Source of the DNA: Raja brachyura
Taxonomy: Eukaryota
DNA length: 64,000 nucleotides
Assembly (NCBI GenBank): GCA_963514005.1
Contig: OY740810.1
Location: forward strand, 26,598,001 to 26,662,000
Reading direction: 5' to 3'
This document shows positions 1 to 13,019 of this stretch, piece after piece. Numbering within the stretch: the first letter of the stretch is position 1; each line of letters begins with the position of its first letter. The notes under the pieces are model-generated. The model was given only the letters and a program-made list of their open reading frames with translations, was not told where the DNA came from and did not search any database. Made by a program: the position numbers and the translations under genes.

Positions 1-180
1 GTAGTTGAGGCAGATACAAAAACAGTATTTAAAATACATTTGGCAGGTACATAGATAGGGAAGGTTTATAGGAATATGGACCAAATACTGAAAAAAAGGG
101 ACTAGCTTAGATTGGGCATCTTGGGTCGGCATGAACGTGTTGGGCCGAAGGGTCGGTTTCCACGTTGTGTGACTCTACCA
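1..180 (+). mobile_element. CR1 LINE 3' end fragment (runs off window start)
   Basis: gtagttgaggca...tttaaaatacatttgg...gggccgaagggtcggtttccacgttgt matches the CR1 ORF2 end and 3' tail seen in other copies. Confidence 0.8.
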
Positions 181-567
181 TATTGTTGTGTTTTAGTGCC
201 AAATAGCTAACCCAGAGGTTGGGTTTAGGTCTCAGTGAATTTAATAAATCTGGCATTTTCCAGATTACCTTTGGGATAAATGCCATATAATTTGCTGGAG
301 TGTTACAAATAGATGGGATATACAGTTGTTAATTGAAATACTGACTGAAAGCAAAAGTGCGTTAATTGTAGAAATAGCAATGAAACTTTAATGTACTCTA
401 GATAGATTATAGGATAGAGCTAGGGAAATGTGACTGATAGACTTATTTTACTGCGGCTGGACATGGGCTCTCCTGCTTCCATGACTGCTGTAATAATTGC
501 CTGATCTTGGGAATAAGAAAAGGCACATCATGAATATGCCAATTCTTTATAGTATTTGGTTGTTCCC

Positions 568-1152
568 CAGGCAGCATCTCTGGAGAGAAGGGATGGGTGA
601 CATTTCGGGTCGAGACCCTTCTTCAAACCTGAAACCTCGTCCATTCAATAGACAATGGACAATAGACAATAGACAACAGGTGCAGGAGTCGGCCATATGG
701 CCCTTCGAGCCAGCACCGTCATTCAATGTGATCATGGCTGATCATCCCCAATCAGTACCCCGTTCCTGCCTTCTCCTCATATCCCCAGGCTCTGCTATTT
801 TTAAGAGCTCTGTCCAGCTCTCTCTTGAAAGCATCCAGAGAACCTGCCTCCACCGCCCTCCGAGGCAGAGAATTCCACAGACTCACCACTCTCTGTGAGA
901 AAAAGTGTTTCCTCATCTCTGTTCTAAATGGCTTACTCCTTATTCTTAAACTTTGGCCCCTGGTTCTGGACTCCCCCAACATCGGGAACATGTCTCCTGC
1001 CTCTAGCATGTCCAAGCCCCTAACAATCTTATATGTTTCAATGAGATCCCCTCTCATTCCTCCTCTCCAGAGATGCTGTCTGTCCCGCTGAGGTACTCCA
1101 GCATTTTGTGTCTACCTTTGATTTAAACCAGCACCTGCCGTTCTTTCCTACA
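568..1152. mobile_element. Fold-back Penelope terminal-repeat element split by a CR1 insertion
   Basis: Left arm ggcagcatctctggagagaagg...gagacccttcttca; right arm ctctccagagatgctg...ttcctacac. Confidence 0.7.
647..1055 (-). mobile_element. CR1 LINE 3' fragment with (CTATTGT)n-like tail
   Basis: ORF 752-1057 RGDLIETYKI...RTRGQSL...FFSQRVVSLWNSLP is the CR1 ORF2 C-terminus; microsatellite tail at 647-678. Confidence 0.9.
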
Positions 1153-1191
1153 CCATAATCTATCTATTCCATAGCAAATGTTTGTCGGCAC

Positions 1192-1868
1192 TGAGCCTGT
1201 ACTCACTGGAGTTTAGAAGAACGAGCTGGGATCTCATTGAAACATATAGAATAGTGAAAGGCTAGGACAGAGTGAATGTGGAGAGAATGTTTTCACTAGT
1301 GAGAGAGTCCAGAACTAGAGGTCATAGCCTCAGAATTAAAGGACATTCTTTTAGGAAGGAGATGTGGAGGAATTTCTTTGGTCAGAAGTTGGTGAGTCTG
1401 TGGAATTCTTTGCCATAGAAGGCTGTGGAGGCTGTCAGTGGATATATTTAAGGCCAAGATAGATAGAATCTTGATTAGTGCAGGTGTCAGAAGTTATGGG
1501 GAGAAGGCAGGAGAATGGGGTTGAGAGGGAGAGATAGATCAGCCATGATTGAATGGTGGAGTAGACTTGATGGGCCAAATGGTCTAATTCTGCTCCTATC
1601 ACTTATGATCTTGTGATCTTATGAAATATCTGTTCAGTTCTTAACATACTTAACAACAATGCAATTTACTTCTGTGGAGGTCCAGTCAATGGATATTCTT
1701 AAGGCAGCGATAGATAGATTCTTGATTTGTATGGGTGTCAGGGGTTATGGGGAGAAGGCAGGAGAATGGGGTTGAGAGGAAGAGATAGATCAGCCATGAT
1801 TGAATGGTGGAGTAGACTTGATGGGCTGAACTGCCTAATTCTGCTCCTATCACTTATGAACTTATGAA
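1192..1868 (+). mobile_element. Two tandem CR1 3' fragments (1192-1625 and about 1672-1868)
   Basis: Both end ggagaaggcaggagaatggggttgag...cctaattctgctcctatc followed by short tandem tails. Confidence 0.85.
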
Positions 1869-1997
1869 CGTACTTTGAAGTTCAAGTTGTTGTTGTTGTT
1901 ATTTATATATTCACATTCAAGAGAGGCATTTCATTCAGTAATCTTCCAAAGTAGGAGACAAGTTAATACTGCCAATGTCTACAAATAGTCATATAAT

Positions 1998-2600
1998 TAG
2001 GTTTAGGTTTACGTTTATTATTACCGTACAACCGAGGAACAGTGGAAGGGCTTGTGTTGCATGCTGTCCAAGCAGATGAGATATACCATATTCAATCAGG
2101 TCAAACTCAAGTACAATAGATAGAACAAAGGGGAAGCTAGAGACTGCAGAATGCAATTCTCAGCAATGTAGTGTGTCGGTTCCATAGATGCAATCCAATG
2201 TCTGCAATGGGGTCGAGGTGAATCCGACAGCACTGTGACTTATGAAAGGACTGTTCGGAAGCCTGATAACAGCGGGAGCAAAGCTGTTCCTGAGTCTTAT
2301 GGTGTGCACTTTCAACCTTCTGTACCTTCTGCCAAATGGGAGCAGGGAGATGAAGGAATGGCCGGGGTGGGACAAGTTTTTAATCATGTTGGCTACTGTT
2401 CCGAGGCAACATGAAGTGTAAATGGAGTCAATGGTGGGAAGTCTGGACTGTGTGATGGACTGGGCTGCATCTACATCTCTGCAAGTTATTTCTGTCTTGG
2501 GCAGAGTTGTTCCCTAACCAAGCTGTGATGCACGCTAACAGTATGCATTCTACAGTGAATCTGTAGAAGTTTGCAAGTGTCACTGGAGAATTGTAAACTT
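1998..2600 (-). mobile_element. Rex1/Babar LINE 3' fragment
   Basis: ORF 2160-2387 LLPFGRRYRRL...RLRNSFAPAVIRL; (CTAAAC)n-type tail near 1998-2015. Confidence 0.75.
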
Positions 2601-2823
2601 GCAAAATGTAATTTGAATAACATTATTTCTTGACTTCCAATGTTGCAAATAAGCATGTTGTAAATATTTTTCATTTTTACTGCAATTACCAAATTAAGTT
2701 AAGGTCCAGATCTGTTTATTGGCATAAACACCAGGGTGCAATTAAATCCCTTGTTCACATGAAGTTCAGAGATTAAACAGTATACATATACATAAAGATT
2801 GGTCAATGGGCTGCATTAATAAA

Positions 2824-3134
2824 GGGATGGCACAGTGGCAGAGCGATAGAGTTGCTGCCTTACAGTGCCAGAGTCCCGGGATCAATCCTTACTATCAGTT
2901 CTGTCTGTACGGAGTTTGTACGTTCTCCCTGTGACCACGTGAGTTTTGTCCGGGTGCTCTGGTTTCCTATCTCCACTCTGAAGACATACAGGTTTGGCAG
3001 GTTAATTGGCTTCTGTAAAGTGTAAATCATGCCTCGTGTGCAGGATAGTGCTCGTATATGGAGAGATTGCTGGTCGGCGTAGACTCGATGGGCCAAAGGG
3101 TCTGTTTCCACGCTGTGTCTCTAAAATTCTAAAA
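2824..3134 (+). mobile_element. tRNA-derived V-SINE (HE1-like), full length
   Basis: tRNA-like head ggcacagtggc...gatcaatcc, central ggagtttgtacgttctccctgtgacc domain, CR1-like tail gggccaaagggtctgtttcc. Confidence 0.85.
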
Positions 3135-4139
3135 ATGTAAACGGTCTAATACAACGCTAAATACATCAAGTGCAAAACAGCAGAATGGCGTCAAAACATT
3201 GAGTAATATGAGGCATAAAATAACATCTTACCAAAAAAAGCCATGCAAGGAAAAGAGGTGAATTTATAGAACATTTTACACTGAGGTTATTGTGAGGCAT
3301 TTTATAGCAAATGACTATTTAAAACTAAATTTTCTGCATAATGCAAGAAATAAAACAGCTATTTTTAGTCTGCAAGTTATAACTAATAAACTAGATAATT
3401 TGTTTTAGTGGCGTTGATAAGCAGTAGCCAGAATAATTCCTGTGCTGATATGAAAAATTCCATTTCAGAAAGCTAACTAAATTTCAATTTAATAATTCAA
3501 CTCCTCAAAACAGCATCTCCAGAAAGACACCAACGAGCCTGTCAGCTTGGATACTTGAGCGCATGTCTCTGGAGCATGACTTGTGCTCACAATCTCGAGC
3601 TTGGTCGCCAATGAAGCCACGGTTGGCTCCAGTGGAAGGCAATTTGATGTGGAAAACACTGTCCGGGCCAACAGTGTATTGGCTTTAGCGGCGTCTCTAC
3701 AGCAATGAAGCTGTGTGAAATGTTGCTCTGAAACATGGAGAAATCCCCATCGGTTTCAGCTACTCCCTCCTTGACTCATAAACTCACAGACCACTGAGAA
3801 TCTATTACACGATTAACGATTTATTTCTGAAAGCTGGTAGGCGCATCTTATTTGTTTAAGATTTCTAGCTGCAGAAAGTTAAGATGATATTGACGGCTTT
3901 ACCAGAGAGCAAGGTAATGTAAGATAGACACAAATAGCTAGAGTAACTCAGCGGGTCAGACAGCATTTCCGGAGAAAAGGAATAGGTGACACCCTTCTTC
4001 AGACTCACTTCAGTGTCCCTCCAGCTTTTTTGGCGATCTTCGGTTTAAACCAGTATCCGCAGTTCCTTCCTACGCAAGGTCATGTAATCTGCTTCTCCTG
4101 TGTGCAGATGTAACCGCTGGAATGTATCAATTCTGTTGT

Positions 4140-5215
4140 GGGCTGAGGGTAGACCTGATAGATGTATATAACTTATGGGAAGCATGGATAGGTTAGACAG
4201 TTGGAAATGTCTTCCTGGAATGGAAAGGTCAAAGACTAGAGAGCATAGCTTTAAGGTGAGTACAGCAAAGTTTAAAGGAGGAGTGTGGGGCTAATATTTT
4301 ACCCATAGGGTGGTGAGTGCCTGGAACGTGCTGCCAGAGGTGGTGGTGGAAGCAGATACTTTAGTGGCATTTAAGAGACATTTTGATAGGCACATGGATA
4401 TGCAGGGAATGGAGATATATGGATCATTTGCAGGCAGAGGAGCTTAACTTAACTTAGCAACAGGTTCGACACAGACATGTGGGTCAGAGAGCTTGTTCCT
4501 TTATTGTTCTATGTTCTACGTTCATAGTTATGAAATGTAGCTGTTATTTTTAGAGTCATACAGCATTGCCCATGCCAACCAGAATGTCCCATTTACATTA
4601 GTCTGCATTTGCTCAATATCCCTCTGAAACTTTCCTATCCATGATTCTGACTTGACTTGTTCTTAACATGTTCTTGACTGTCTAAATGTCTTTTAAATGC
4701 TGCTATAGAACCTGCCTTAACTACGTCCTCATCCCATATACCATTGACGTCTGTGTGAAAACTTTTCCCATCAGGATCCGAGTAAATATTTCCCTTTTCA
4801 TGTTAAACCTGTGCCCTCGTGTCCTTGATTTTCCTACTCTGGATAAACGACTCTGGATAAACGATAGTGAATTTACCCTATCTATTCCCCTCATGATATT
4901 ATACATCTTCCCAAGAACACTCTTTGCTCCAAGGAATAAAGTCCCAACCTGACCAACCTCTCCCTCTAGCTTCGGGCCTCAGGTCCTGGCAACATTCTCA
5001 TAAATCTTCTTGCACTTTTTCCTGCTTAACAAAGTCCTTCCTACAGCAGGGTGACCAAAACTGAACACAATCCTCCTAATGCGGCCTTACCAATATCTTG
5101 TACTGTAAATATCAGCCCAACTTCTATACTCAACACGCTGACTGCTGAAGGCCAATGTAGCAAAAGCCTTCTTGACCACTCTATTTACCCATGACACCAC
5201 TTTCAAGAAACTATA
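4140..5215. mobile_element. Two older tail-to-tail CR1 fragments (4140-4520 +, 4553-5215 -)
   Basis: Degenerate RGIDRV..SRTRGHRF motif (ORF 4721-4906) and CR1 tails. Confidence 0.75.
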
Positions 5216-6135
5216 TATCTGACTTGGTTTGTTCTTGACTGACAAAAATCTCTAACTGGCATTCAGAAATTGGTTTGTTACATGGGATAGCTACTATAAG
5301 GCAGACTTTGAGGTAAAATCTTAGTTATTAACCAGCGCGTTCCAGTAACTGAGGCTTCCAGATAGCCGACAGATCAACCAGGTTAATCAGTACCTGTCAA
5401 ATATCATGACTGCCATTTTAATGCAGTTGGTTTTAACCCAGTTCATAAAACAATGATTATGGGATCCTGGTTTCGAATAAGTGCATGGATCACCCCGAGG
5501 GTGGTTCAAATATGTTGTTCGATGCAATTTCATAATTTCAAATGATTTCCGTATTAACTCATCTAAACCCAAGCTATTACGGATTAAACAAGGCAATAAG
5601 ACAGCATGAGCAACAGTCTGATAAGAAACTTCTTTGGCACCAATCCAGTGGAAAATAATGCTGGTAACTCTCGGTTACTTACTGCCAAGTTATCACCGGG
5701 GGAAATGTTTTACTCACTAGACCACCTGATTGCCTTATTTATTGCACTCTGTTGCCAGCAATGGAATCATAGGGAAATACAACTGTGGGTGTTGACACCT
5801 ATTGATTTAATCTACAAATACTTTACCATTCATTTATTGCTGCTCATTGGACAAAATGCCAACATTTTTAAGTGTAGCATCACTCTCGGTGTAAAGTTGT
5901 AAATACTTTTCCTCTTAATACCCATAGAGCACCTTGACCTTGTTAATATGCTCCTTACTCTGACCCCTTGGATTCAGCCATGCCAATAGAGTCACCAAAG
6001 CAAAGAGTCAAAGCCAAATGACAATGTATGGGTATGGTTTCCACATAGCATTGTCTGTGGGGGAAATCAACAAGAAGACAGAGTCAGAGGGTGGTGAAAA
6101 AGTTGTCCATCAGGATCTTTCCCTTCTCACTTTAA

Positions 6136-6345
6136 ACCTCTTTAGTCAGAGGATGGTAAAACTGTGGAATTCGTTGCCACAGAAGGCTGTGGTGGCCAAG
6201 TCAATGGATAGTTTTAAGGCGGAGATAGATAGATTCTTGATTAGTACGGGTATCGGGGGTTATGGGGAGAAGGCAGGAGAATGGGGTTAGGTGGGAGAGA
6301 TAGATCAGCCATGATTGAATAGCGGAGTAGACCTGATGGGCCGAA
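6136..6345 (+). mobile_element. CR1 3' fragment
   Basis: FSQRMVKLWNSLPQKAV...GYGEKAGEWG. Confidence 0.85.
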
Positions 6346-8086
6346 TTATGCTAACATTTTGTGTCTTACTTTGGTAAAATTAAGACTAACTCGCCCTCCT
6401 GGGTGGGGGTGTGAAAAGGTGATTGGCTCAGAAGTCCACATAACCCCTATTGACAACAAATTTAATGAAAGCGTTAAATATTTACAAATCTCTATAACTT
6501 TAATCCAGAACAATTAAAAATAAGAAAATACTCTTCTCTGGTGGAGAACCACTATAGCCACTCCAAATGGTAAAGGATGTGAGAGGTCAAGTGATCAGCT
6601 GGAGTGTCTTAGGAAGGATAGTTCTCCACCCTGTGGAGCCCAGAGAGAGATCAATGTGCTTGGTGCAGCCAACACCAAGGCTCTGTGGGGGAGGACTGCA
6701 GCCTAGGGAACTTCCACCACTGGACTCCATTCAAGGTGTAAGAGTTACCTTGGACAGGCACTTGAATGAATAAGGCACAAAGGCATATGGAATTAATTGC
6801 AGCCAGTCGGATTAGTAGTGATAGGCATGATAATTAGTATGGACACAGTGGGCCAAAGGGCATTTTTCTATGCAGTACATTAAATGCAGCAAATATTTTA
6901 GGCCAATAAAATAGATGAAATCCAAGTGCACGGCAAGTGTTGCTGGCAATGTGTTATATTTCTGTAACTGTTGGCTTCAGAGATTGACCCTGCTGTGTTA
7001 CACGCTGACAACTGTGAGAACTCGCTCAACAGCGTTAGGAAATGTTGCACCAAAGCCAACAATCTAAATGCGCAAGAGATGTTTGAGAGAAACCCGATGG
7101 CACTGTTCAGGAATCCATGAGTCCATCAATTTAAGTTTTTTATCTTTACAAACTTCCAGAAGCTGCATTAGGGTAATCCAAAAAGCTAAATTGAACATGT
7201 CTCTGTGGAGAAGACTGAAGAAATCGGGGACCAGATTTTTGATCTAAGATTAATAAAATCTGAAATGACATATGTGTATCTGGTACGAATCAAGATGAAT
7301 AAAAACAGCCAGTGTGGATATATTTCTAGACCTGGTATCTTAAAAACTCATAAACTCATAGTCGTACAGCGTGGAAACAGACCCTTTGGCCCAACTTGCC
7401 CATGCCGACCAACATGTCTCATCTATACCCGTCCCACCTGCCCATTACCCTCTAAACCTGTGCTATCCAAGTTCCTGTACATTGTCTATCTCCGGTCAGT
7501 GACTTCAATGCTGCCAGGATTTGTGTTGGATAATTCTTAGCTACTTGGTTATTGGGAGATTAGTGGGGGAATGGGATCACTTTGGGATCTGTCATCCCAA
7601 TGGGTTATCTGGTGCCCTTCTTTGTCGAAAAGAAATGTGGAAATATAGATACTGCGAACACAACCTTGGGGAAAAGATTTTTTGTCAAGACATGTAAGAT
7701 CCTTCTGCAATATAATTTGCGAGCACACTTTACTTTGTGAGACTTAATAACTGTCTCAAAAGAAAGTGAGCAGCAAATTTAATTAATTTTGTTGTTAAAA
7801 TTTGTCGAAAATTGTTAAAATATCTGTGAAATTCCTGGAATCAGACAATATTTTTGACAATATTCTTGAAACAGAATTGCATTTTTTATTAACCTGGCAA
7901 AAGTCAAGAGTTTTTAATTGCCTTGTGTGCCGACAACAGAACAGTAAAATTCTTACTTGCAGCAGCACAACAGACCAATAAACGCAATACACATAGATGA
8001 TATAAAATAAGCAAAAGTTTTCTAAATTAATACCACAATACCAGTACAGAGATTAAAAACCCCAAATCCATAGAATGTCTCGATGC

Positions 8087-8420
8087 TCACAAAATGCTCG
8101 AGTAATTCAACAGGTCAGGCAGCATCTCTGGAGAAAAGATTATGTGACATTTCGGGTCGAGACCCTTCTTCAGCCTGCAAGAGTGGTAAGAGAACTGGGA
8201 ATGGGGAGGGGAGTAAGAGAGAGGGAAAGCAAGGGCTATTTGAAGTTAGAGAAGTCAATGTTCATACCGCTGGGGTATGAAAGGTCGAGACCCTAATCCA
8301 GCCTCGACCCAAAACGTCACCTATTCCTTATCTCCAGAGATGCTGCCTGATCCGCTGAGTTACTCCAGCATTTTGTGTCCATCTTTGACGTAAGCCAGTA
8401 TCTGCAGTTCCTTCCTACAC
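8087..8420. mobile_element. Penelope-derived fold-back element
   Basis: Inverted arms cacaaaatgct..gagtaa / ttactccagcattttgtg, hammerhead-like core, and internal segment gttcataccgctgggg matching the Penelope ORF end. Confidence 0.75.
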
Positions 8421-9519
8421 ATAGACTGTTGCTGTTGAGGTTAATGTTTTGTGACGTTCAAGGGACTGATGGGTGTTGGGATAATGCTACTCTTGAATTT
8501 GGTTCACATAGAAATTGAAATAGAATGTTAATTTTTTAAGTCAAAATTAAAATTAACGTTGGTTAATTATCATGCAAAAACATAACCCATGCACCAAATT
8601 CTTATTTTAATAGACGTGTGGTCTTATTTCCCCTCATACCTTTCGATACTTTATCACATTGAACCCAGAATTGTATTACTGATCAGAAATCAGATTTGTT
8701 TTAAGGGCAATTTGCTTGCAAAAAACCCTGATGTTGTGCTCAAGTGCAATTTTGAAGCATATGCGGTCTATGTTCTATATTCTTATTCCAATTCCACTGC
8801 CACTTCATTCATTTATTCCAGTAAACTGAAAAGCTTCCTTTGTGTCCTGGGTTATGGGCAGTTGAGAAACTATCTTCAAAAGGACTGAACTAACTGCAAA
8901 GAGAAAATAAGTTGTGATCAAAGATTCATCTCAGACGTTTCAAGATTTCCAAGCTCCATTATCTCCAGCACACATCAAAATATAGATACAATAAAAGACA
9001 AAAGAGAGACCAGCGTGGAATGCCTTGCCGCAGCAGTGAGGGATATTAAAATCCTCCGTGTGCACTTGTTTTCACATTTTTGCAATGCTTAGCATTACCA
9101 ATCAAGTGCTGTGTGGTCTTTGATGTATAAATTGTCCCATATTTTATATTTGGGGAGTGAAAACGATCAGCAGATAACATCAACACTTCAGCAGATGGGC
9201 AAGTGTTTTGAGATGACTTTTGCAGGCTAGACTTCTGAAAAGGTACCGACTGATGTTGGATTTTGAAGTTAATGCCGACCACTTATGGCTTAAACAGCAG
9301 TGATGGAAAATGCATAGCGCAACACCTGACCAGTTCCAATTTGTAACCCCCATGGACACCTGCAATTAAAATACTTTCCTTTTATAAATTCTTAGTACCT
9401 TTGAAAGAGAAAGTTGACAAAGCCCTGCAAAGGGAGTGGTCCTGTTAATTTCACTGCCCCTGATCAATCACTGTGATCAAAGTTATTTTTGAATGCACAC
9501 CTTCTGAAAATGGATTTTG

Positions 9520-9927
9520 TAGGATTTGAGGGGGGACCACGTTGAAACTTACCGAATAGCGAAAGCCCTGGATAGAGTGGATGTGGGGAGGATGCTTCCA
9601 CTAGTGGGAGAGTCCAGGACCAAAGGCATAGCATCAGAATAAAAGGACTAACCTTTAGTAAGGGTATGAGGAGGAATGTCTTTTGTTAGTGGGTGGTGAA
9701 CCAATGGAATTCATTGCCACAGAACACTGTGGAGGCCAAGTCAATGGATATTTTTAAGACAGAGATTGACAGATTCTTGATGAGTAAGGGTGTTAGGGGT
9801 TATAGGGAGAAGGCAGGAGAATGGGGTTGAGAGGGAAAGATAGATCAGCCATGATTGAATGGCGGAGTAGACTTGATGGGCCGAATGGCCTAATTCTCCT
9901 CATGTAACAAGAATGTATGAACTTATG
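9520..9927 (+). mobile_element. CR1 3' fragment
   Basis: Same subfamily tail as 1192-1625. Confidence 0.85.
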
Positions 9928-10335
9928 CACTATTTGATGTTAAGTACCAGGATCGTGGCTTAACTGGTCAAGCTATCTGCCCAATGAAGACTTTGCACAT
10001 TCTCTAAAAAATGTGGGAAATTCTATTCTGCTGTACTGCTGTTTCAATAGTTACAACTTTAATTCATGCCACGGATACATCCGTCTTTTCGAAAGGTAAT
10101 AATATAAAGGCAATGGCTTCAAGTTATTAATTGCACTATTCTCTCAATGGATTGTCGAACATATACCTTTGATTTCAGATCTGCATGTTTCAATGTAATT
10201 TTTAACCAGTTTCATTAGTTATGTTCCCAGTTGGCCAGAGCACTGGGAATAGAGCCAGAGGACTAAACATCCAAGGCGGACAAAAATGCTGGAGAAACTC
10301 AGCGTGTGAGGCAGCATCTATGGAGCGAAGGAATA

Positions 10336-10370
10336 GGTGACGTTTCGGGTCGAGACCCTTCTTCAGACTG
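10336..10370 (-). ncRNA. Minimal hammerhead-ribozyme-like motif in Penelope terminal repeat
   Basis: Minus strand CAGU CUGAAGA A GGGU-CUCG-ACCC GAAAC GUC ACC: CUGANGA and GAAA cores, stem II, GUC cleavage triplet. Confidence 0.7.
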
Positions 10371-10640
10371 ATGTGGGGGTGGGTGGTGGGGAGTGGGAAG
10401 AAGGAAGGTTGCTAAACTGTCTTCGGAGAGAGGAGGAGAACTTCCTCAAAGTAGACATCCCTTGAGGAGACTTCGCAGTGGAGTAGATGAAATGTTTAAG
10501 AAAGAAGTCCACTTCCAGAGAGCTTTGCAAAATATTAGGTCATTAAACCATAGTCCTGTTTGAAGAAAGCTTTCCAATCTTGCAAGTAAATATTGCAAGA
10601 TTTAGAAAAAATATAACCAGACTGAAAATATGTTATTGTT

Positions 10641-11604
10641 AAAGAAGGAACTGCAGATGCTGGAAAATCGAGGGTACACAAAATGCTGGAGAAACTCAGC
10701 GGGTTCAGCAGAATCTAAGGAGCGAAGGAGATAGGCAACGTTTCGGGCCGAAACCCTTCTTCAGACTGATGGGAGGTGGGGGGGGGGGCAGGGGGAAGAA
10801 AGGAAAAAGGAGGAGGAGGAGTCCAAGGGCTGGGGGAGACGTGGGAATGGGAGGAGACAGCAAGGGTTAACAGAATTGAGAAAATTCAATGTTCAAGCCC
10901 AGAGGATGCAGACTCCCCAAGCGGAATATGAGGTGCTGTTACTCCAATTTGCGGTGTTGCTCACTCTGGCCGTGGAGGAGGCCCAGGACAGAGATGTTGG
11001 ATACGGAATGGGAGGGGGAGTTGAAGTGCTTAGCCACCGGGAGGTCCGGTTGGTTATTGCGGCCGAGCGGAGGTGTTCGGCGAAACGATCGCCCAGCCTC
11101 CGCTTGGTCTCACCGATATAGATTAGCTGGCATCTAGAGCAGCGGATGCAGTAGATGAGGTTGGAGGAGGTGCAGGTGAACCTCTGTCGGACCTGGAAGG
11201 GTTGCTTGGGTCCCTGAAAGGAGTGGAGGGGGGAGGTAAAGGGACAAGTGTAGAATCTCTTGCGGTTGCAAGGGAAAGTGCCTGGGGAAGGGGTGGAGCG
11301 GGAGGGAAGGGTTGAATTGACAAGGGAGTTGCGGAGGGAGCGGTCTTTGCGGAAGGCAGACAGGGGGGGAGATGGGAAGATGTGGCGAGTGGTGGGGTCA
11401 TATTGGAGGTGGCGAAACTGGCGGAGGACTATGTGTTGTATGTGCTGGCTGATGGGGTGAAAGGTGAGGACTAAGGGGACTTTGCCCTTGTTGCGAGTGG
11501 GGGAATGGGGAGAGAGGGCAGTGTTGCAGGGTATGGAGGAGACCCTGGTGCGAGCCTCATCTATAGTGGGGGAGGGGAATCCCCGTTCTCTGAAGAATGA
11601 GGAC
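10641..11604 (-). mobile_element. 5'-truncated Penelope-like retroelement (GIY-YIG endonuclease plus terminal repeat)
   Basis: ORF 10893-11606 has NLIYCIRCSRCQLIYIGETKRRLGDRFAEHL; 1-bp deletion near 11062 relative to the copy at 19120 shifts the frame; hammerhead-like motif at 10734-10768. Confidence 0.9.
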
Positions 11605-11917
11605 AATATTTTAATTGTGTTTGTTATCTTGATCTAAAATTTATTAGACCCAGATTTCTCCTCCGTTTCCTTTTGTTTTAATGATGTTTGTCAATCTAAT
11701 TACACAAAGCATCGATCAGATTATTTTAGATAGAAACATAGAAATTAGGTGCAGGAGTAGGCCATTCGGCCCTTCGAGCCTGCACCGCCATTCAATATGA
11801 TCATGGCTGATCATATAGATTAGATTAGATTATTTTAAAATCTTGTTCTTTAGCACAGACGGTCTGAAGGATCCGTTCCTGTGTTGTACTGTTCAATATT
11901 CTATATGGGGTAGCTTA

Positions 11918-12478
11918 AGGGGCTGTCCCACTGCGGCGACCTAATTTGCAAGTTTAGAAGAGTTTAGGAAAGTTTAAAAAAGTGTCAAGTTGAAGACCTC
12001 CTTCGACTATGTAGAAGACATCCTTCGACCTCCTTCGACTATGTTGAAGACTAGCTTCGACTAGCTTCGAGAAAATCGAATCGTGGAGAGCGAAGATGAC
12101 CTCCTTCGATCTCCTTCGACCTCCCTTCGACTATGTTGAAGACTATCTATGACTACTTTTGACTACCTTCAATTACCTTCGACTACCCTCGATTACCTAC
12201 GAATAACATGCCGACCTACTACGACATACTTCGACTAAACCTACGAGTAAAAAAAATAGAGATTTTTTCCATGGCGACCTTTTTTTACTCGCGGGCATTT
12301 TTCAGCATGTTGAACACGCCACAACCTAGCTGAGGCCTCAAGTACGCGGAAACCACTCTCAAGCATGAAGGAGAGTTACAAAGACCTCCTAGGACCTCGT
12401 GTCGACCATGCTGCGAGTATGAGTCGAGGGCAAACTCTTCTAAACTCACAATTAGGTCGCCGCAGTGGGACAGCCACT
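11918..12478. mobile_element. PIF/Harbinger-type MITE, family A
   Basis: TIR AGGGGCTGTCCCACTGCGGCGACCTAATT / AATTAGGTCGCCGCAGTGGGACAGCCACT; flanks TTA and TAA; internal (CCTTCGACTA)-like subrepeats; inserted in a Penelope 3' end. Confidence 0.85.
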
Positions 12479-12480
12479 TA

Positions 12481-12724
12481 ACACCCCAGCGGTAGAAAAC
12501 ATTGACTTCTCTAACTTCAAATAGCCCTTGCTTTCACTCTCTCTCCATCCGCTCCCCCCTTCCCAGTTTTCCCATCAGCCTTACTGTCTCCAACTACATT
12601 CTATCTCTGTCCCGCTCACTCCGCTGACAGTCTGAAGAAGGGTCTCGACCTGAAACATCACCCATTCCTTCTCTCCAGAGATGCTGCCTGTCCCGCTGAG
12701 TTACTCCAGCATTTTGTGTCTACT
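12481..12724 (+). mobile_element. Penelope 3' end and terminal repeat with hammerhead-like motif (12628-12662)
   Basis: caccccagcggta..cattgacttctctaacttc then cagtctgaagaagggtctcgacctgaaacatc. Confidence 0.75.
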
Positions 12725-13019
12725 TTCTATATTTTATATTCTTATTCCAATTCCAAAGCCACTTTATTCATTTATTTCCTCTTTGTCTTTGATTCTTGAG
12801 GTTTAAATGCAATTTATTTCATCTGTATTGTTTTTGATGAGATACCTTACTATTTGAAAAGTAGGAAATCACCCTCACCCTTGGTCAGTTGCGCTGTTGT
12901 GCTGTTGTAAGTAGGAATTCCATTGTTCCATTTCAGAACATACAACAATGAAACACTTTTGACTCGACTCGTGAGCCATAAATTGTTCTATTTCCAATTA
13001 TGACGTAAAATATATAGTT

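Noticed and set aside
5313-5714. Possible ancient Tigger/pogo-like MITE
   Set aside because: Only about 7 bp of terminal inverted similarity and no clear TA TSD
10893-11606. Functional or domesticated GIY-YIG nuclease
   Set aside because: 5'-truncated Penelope copy with a 1-bp frameshift relative to the second copy
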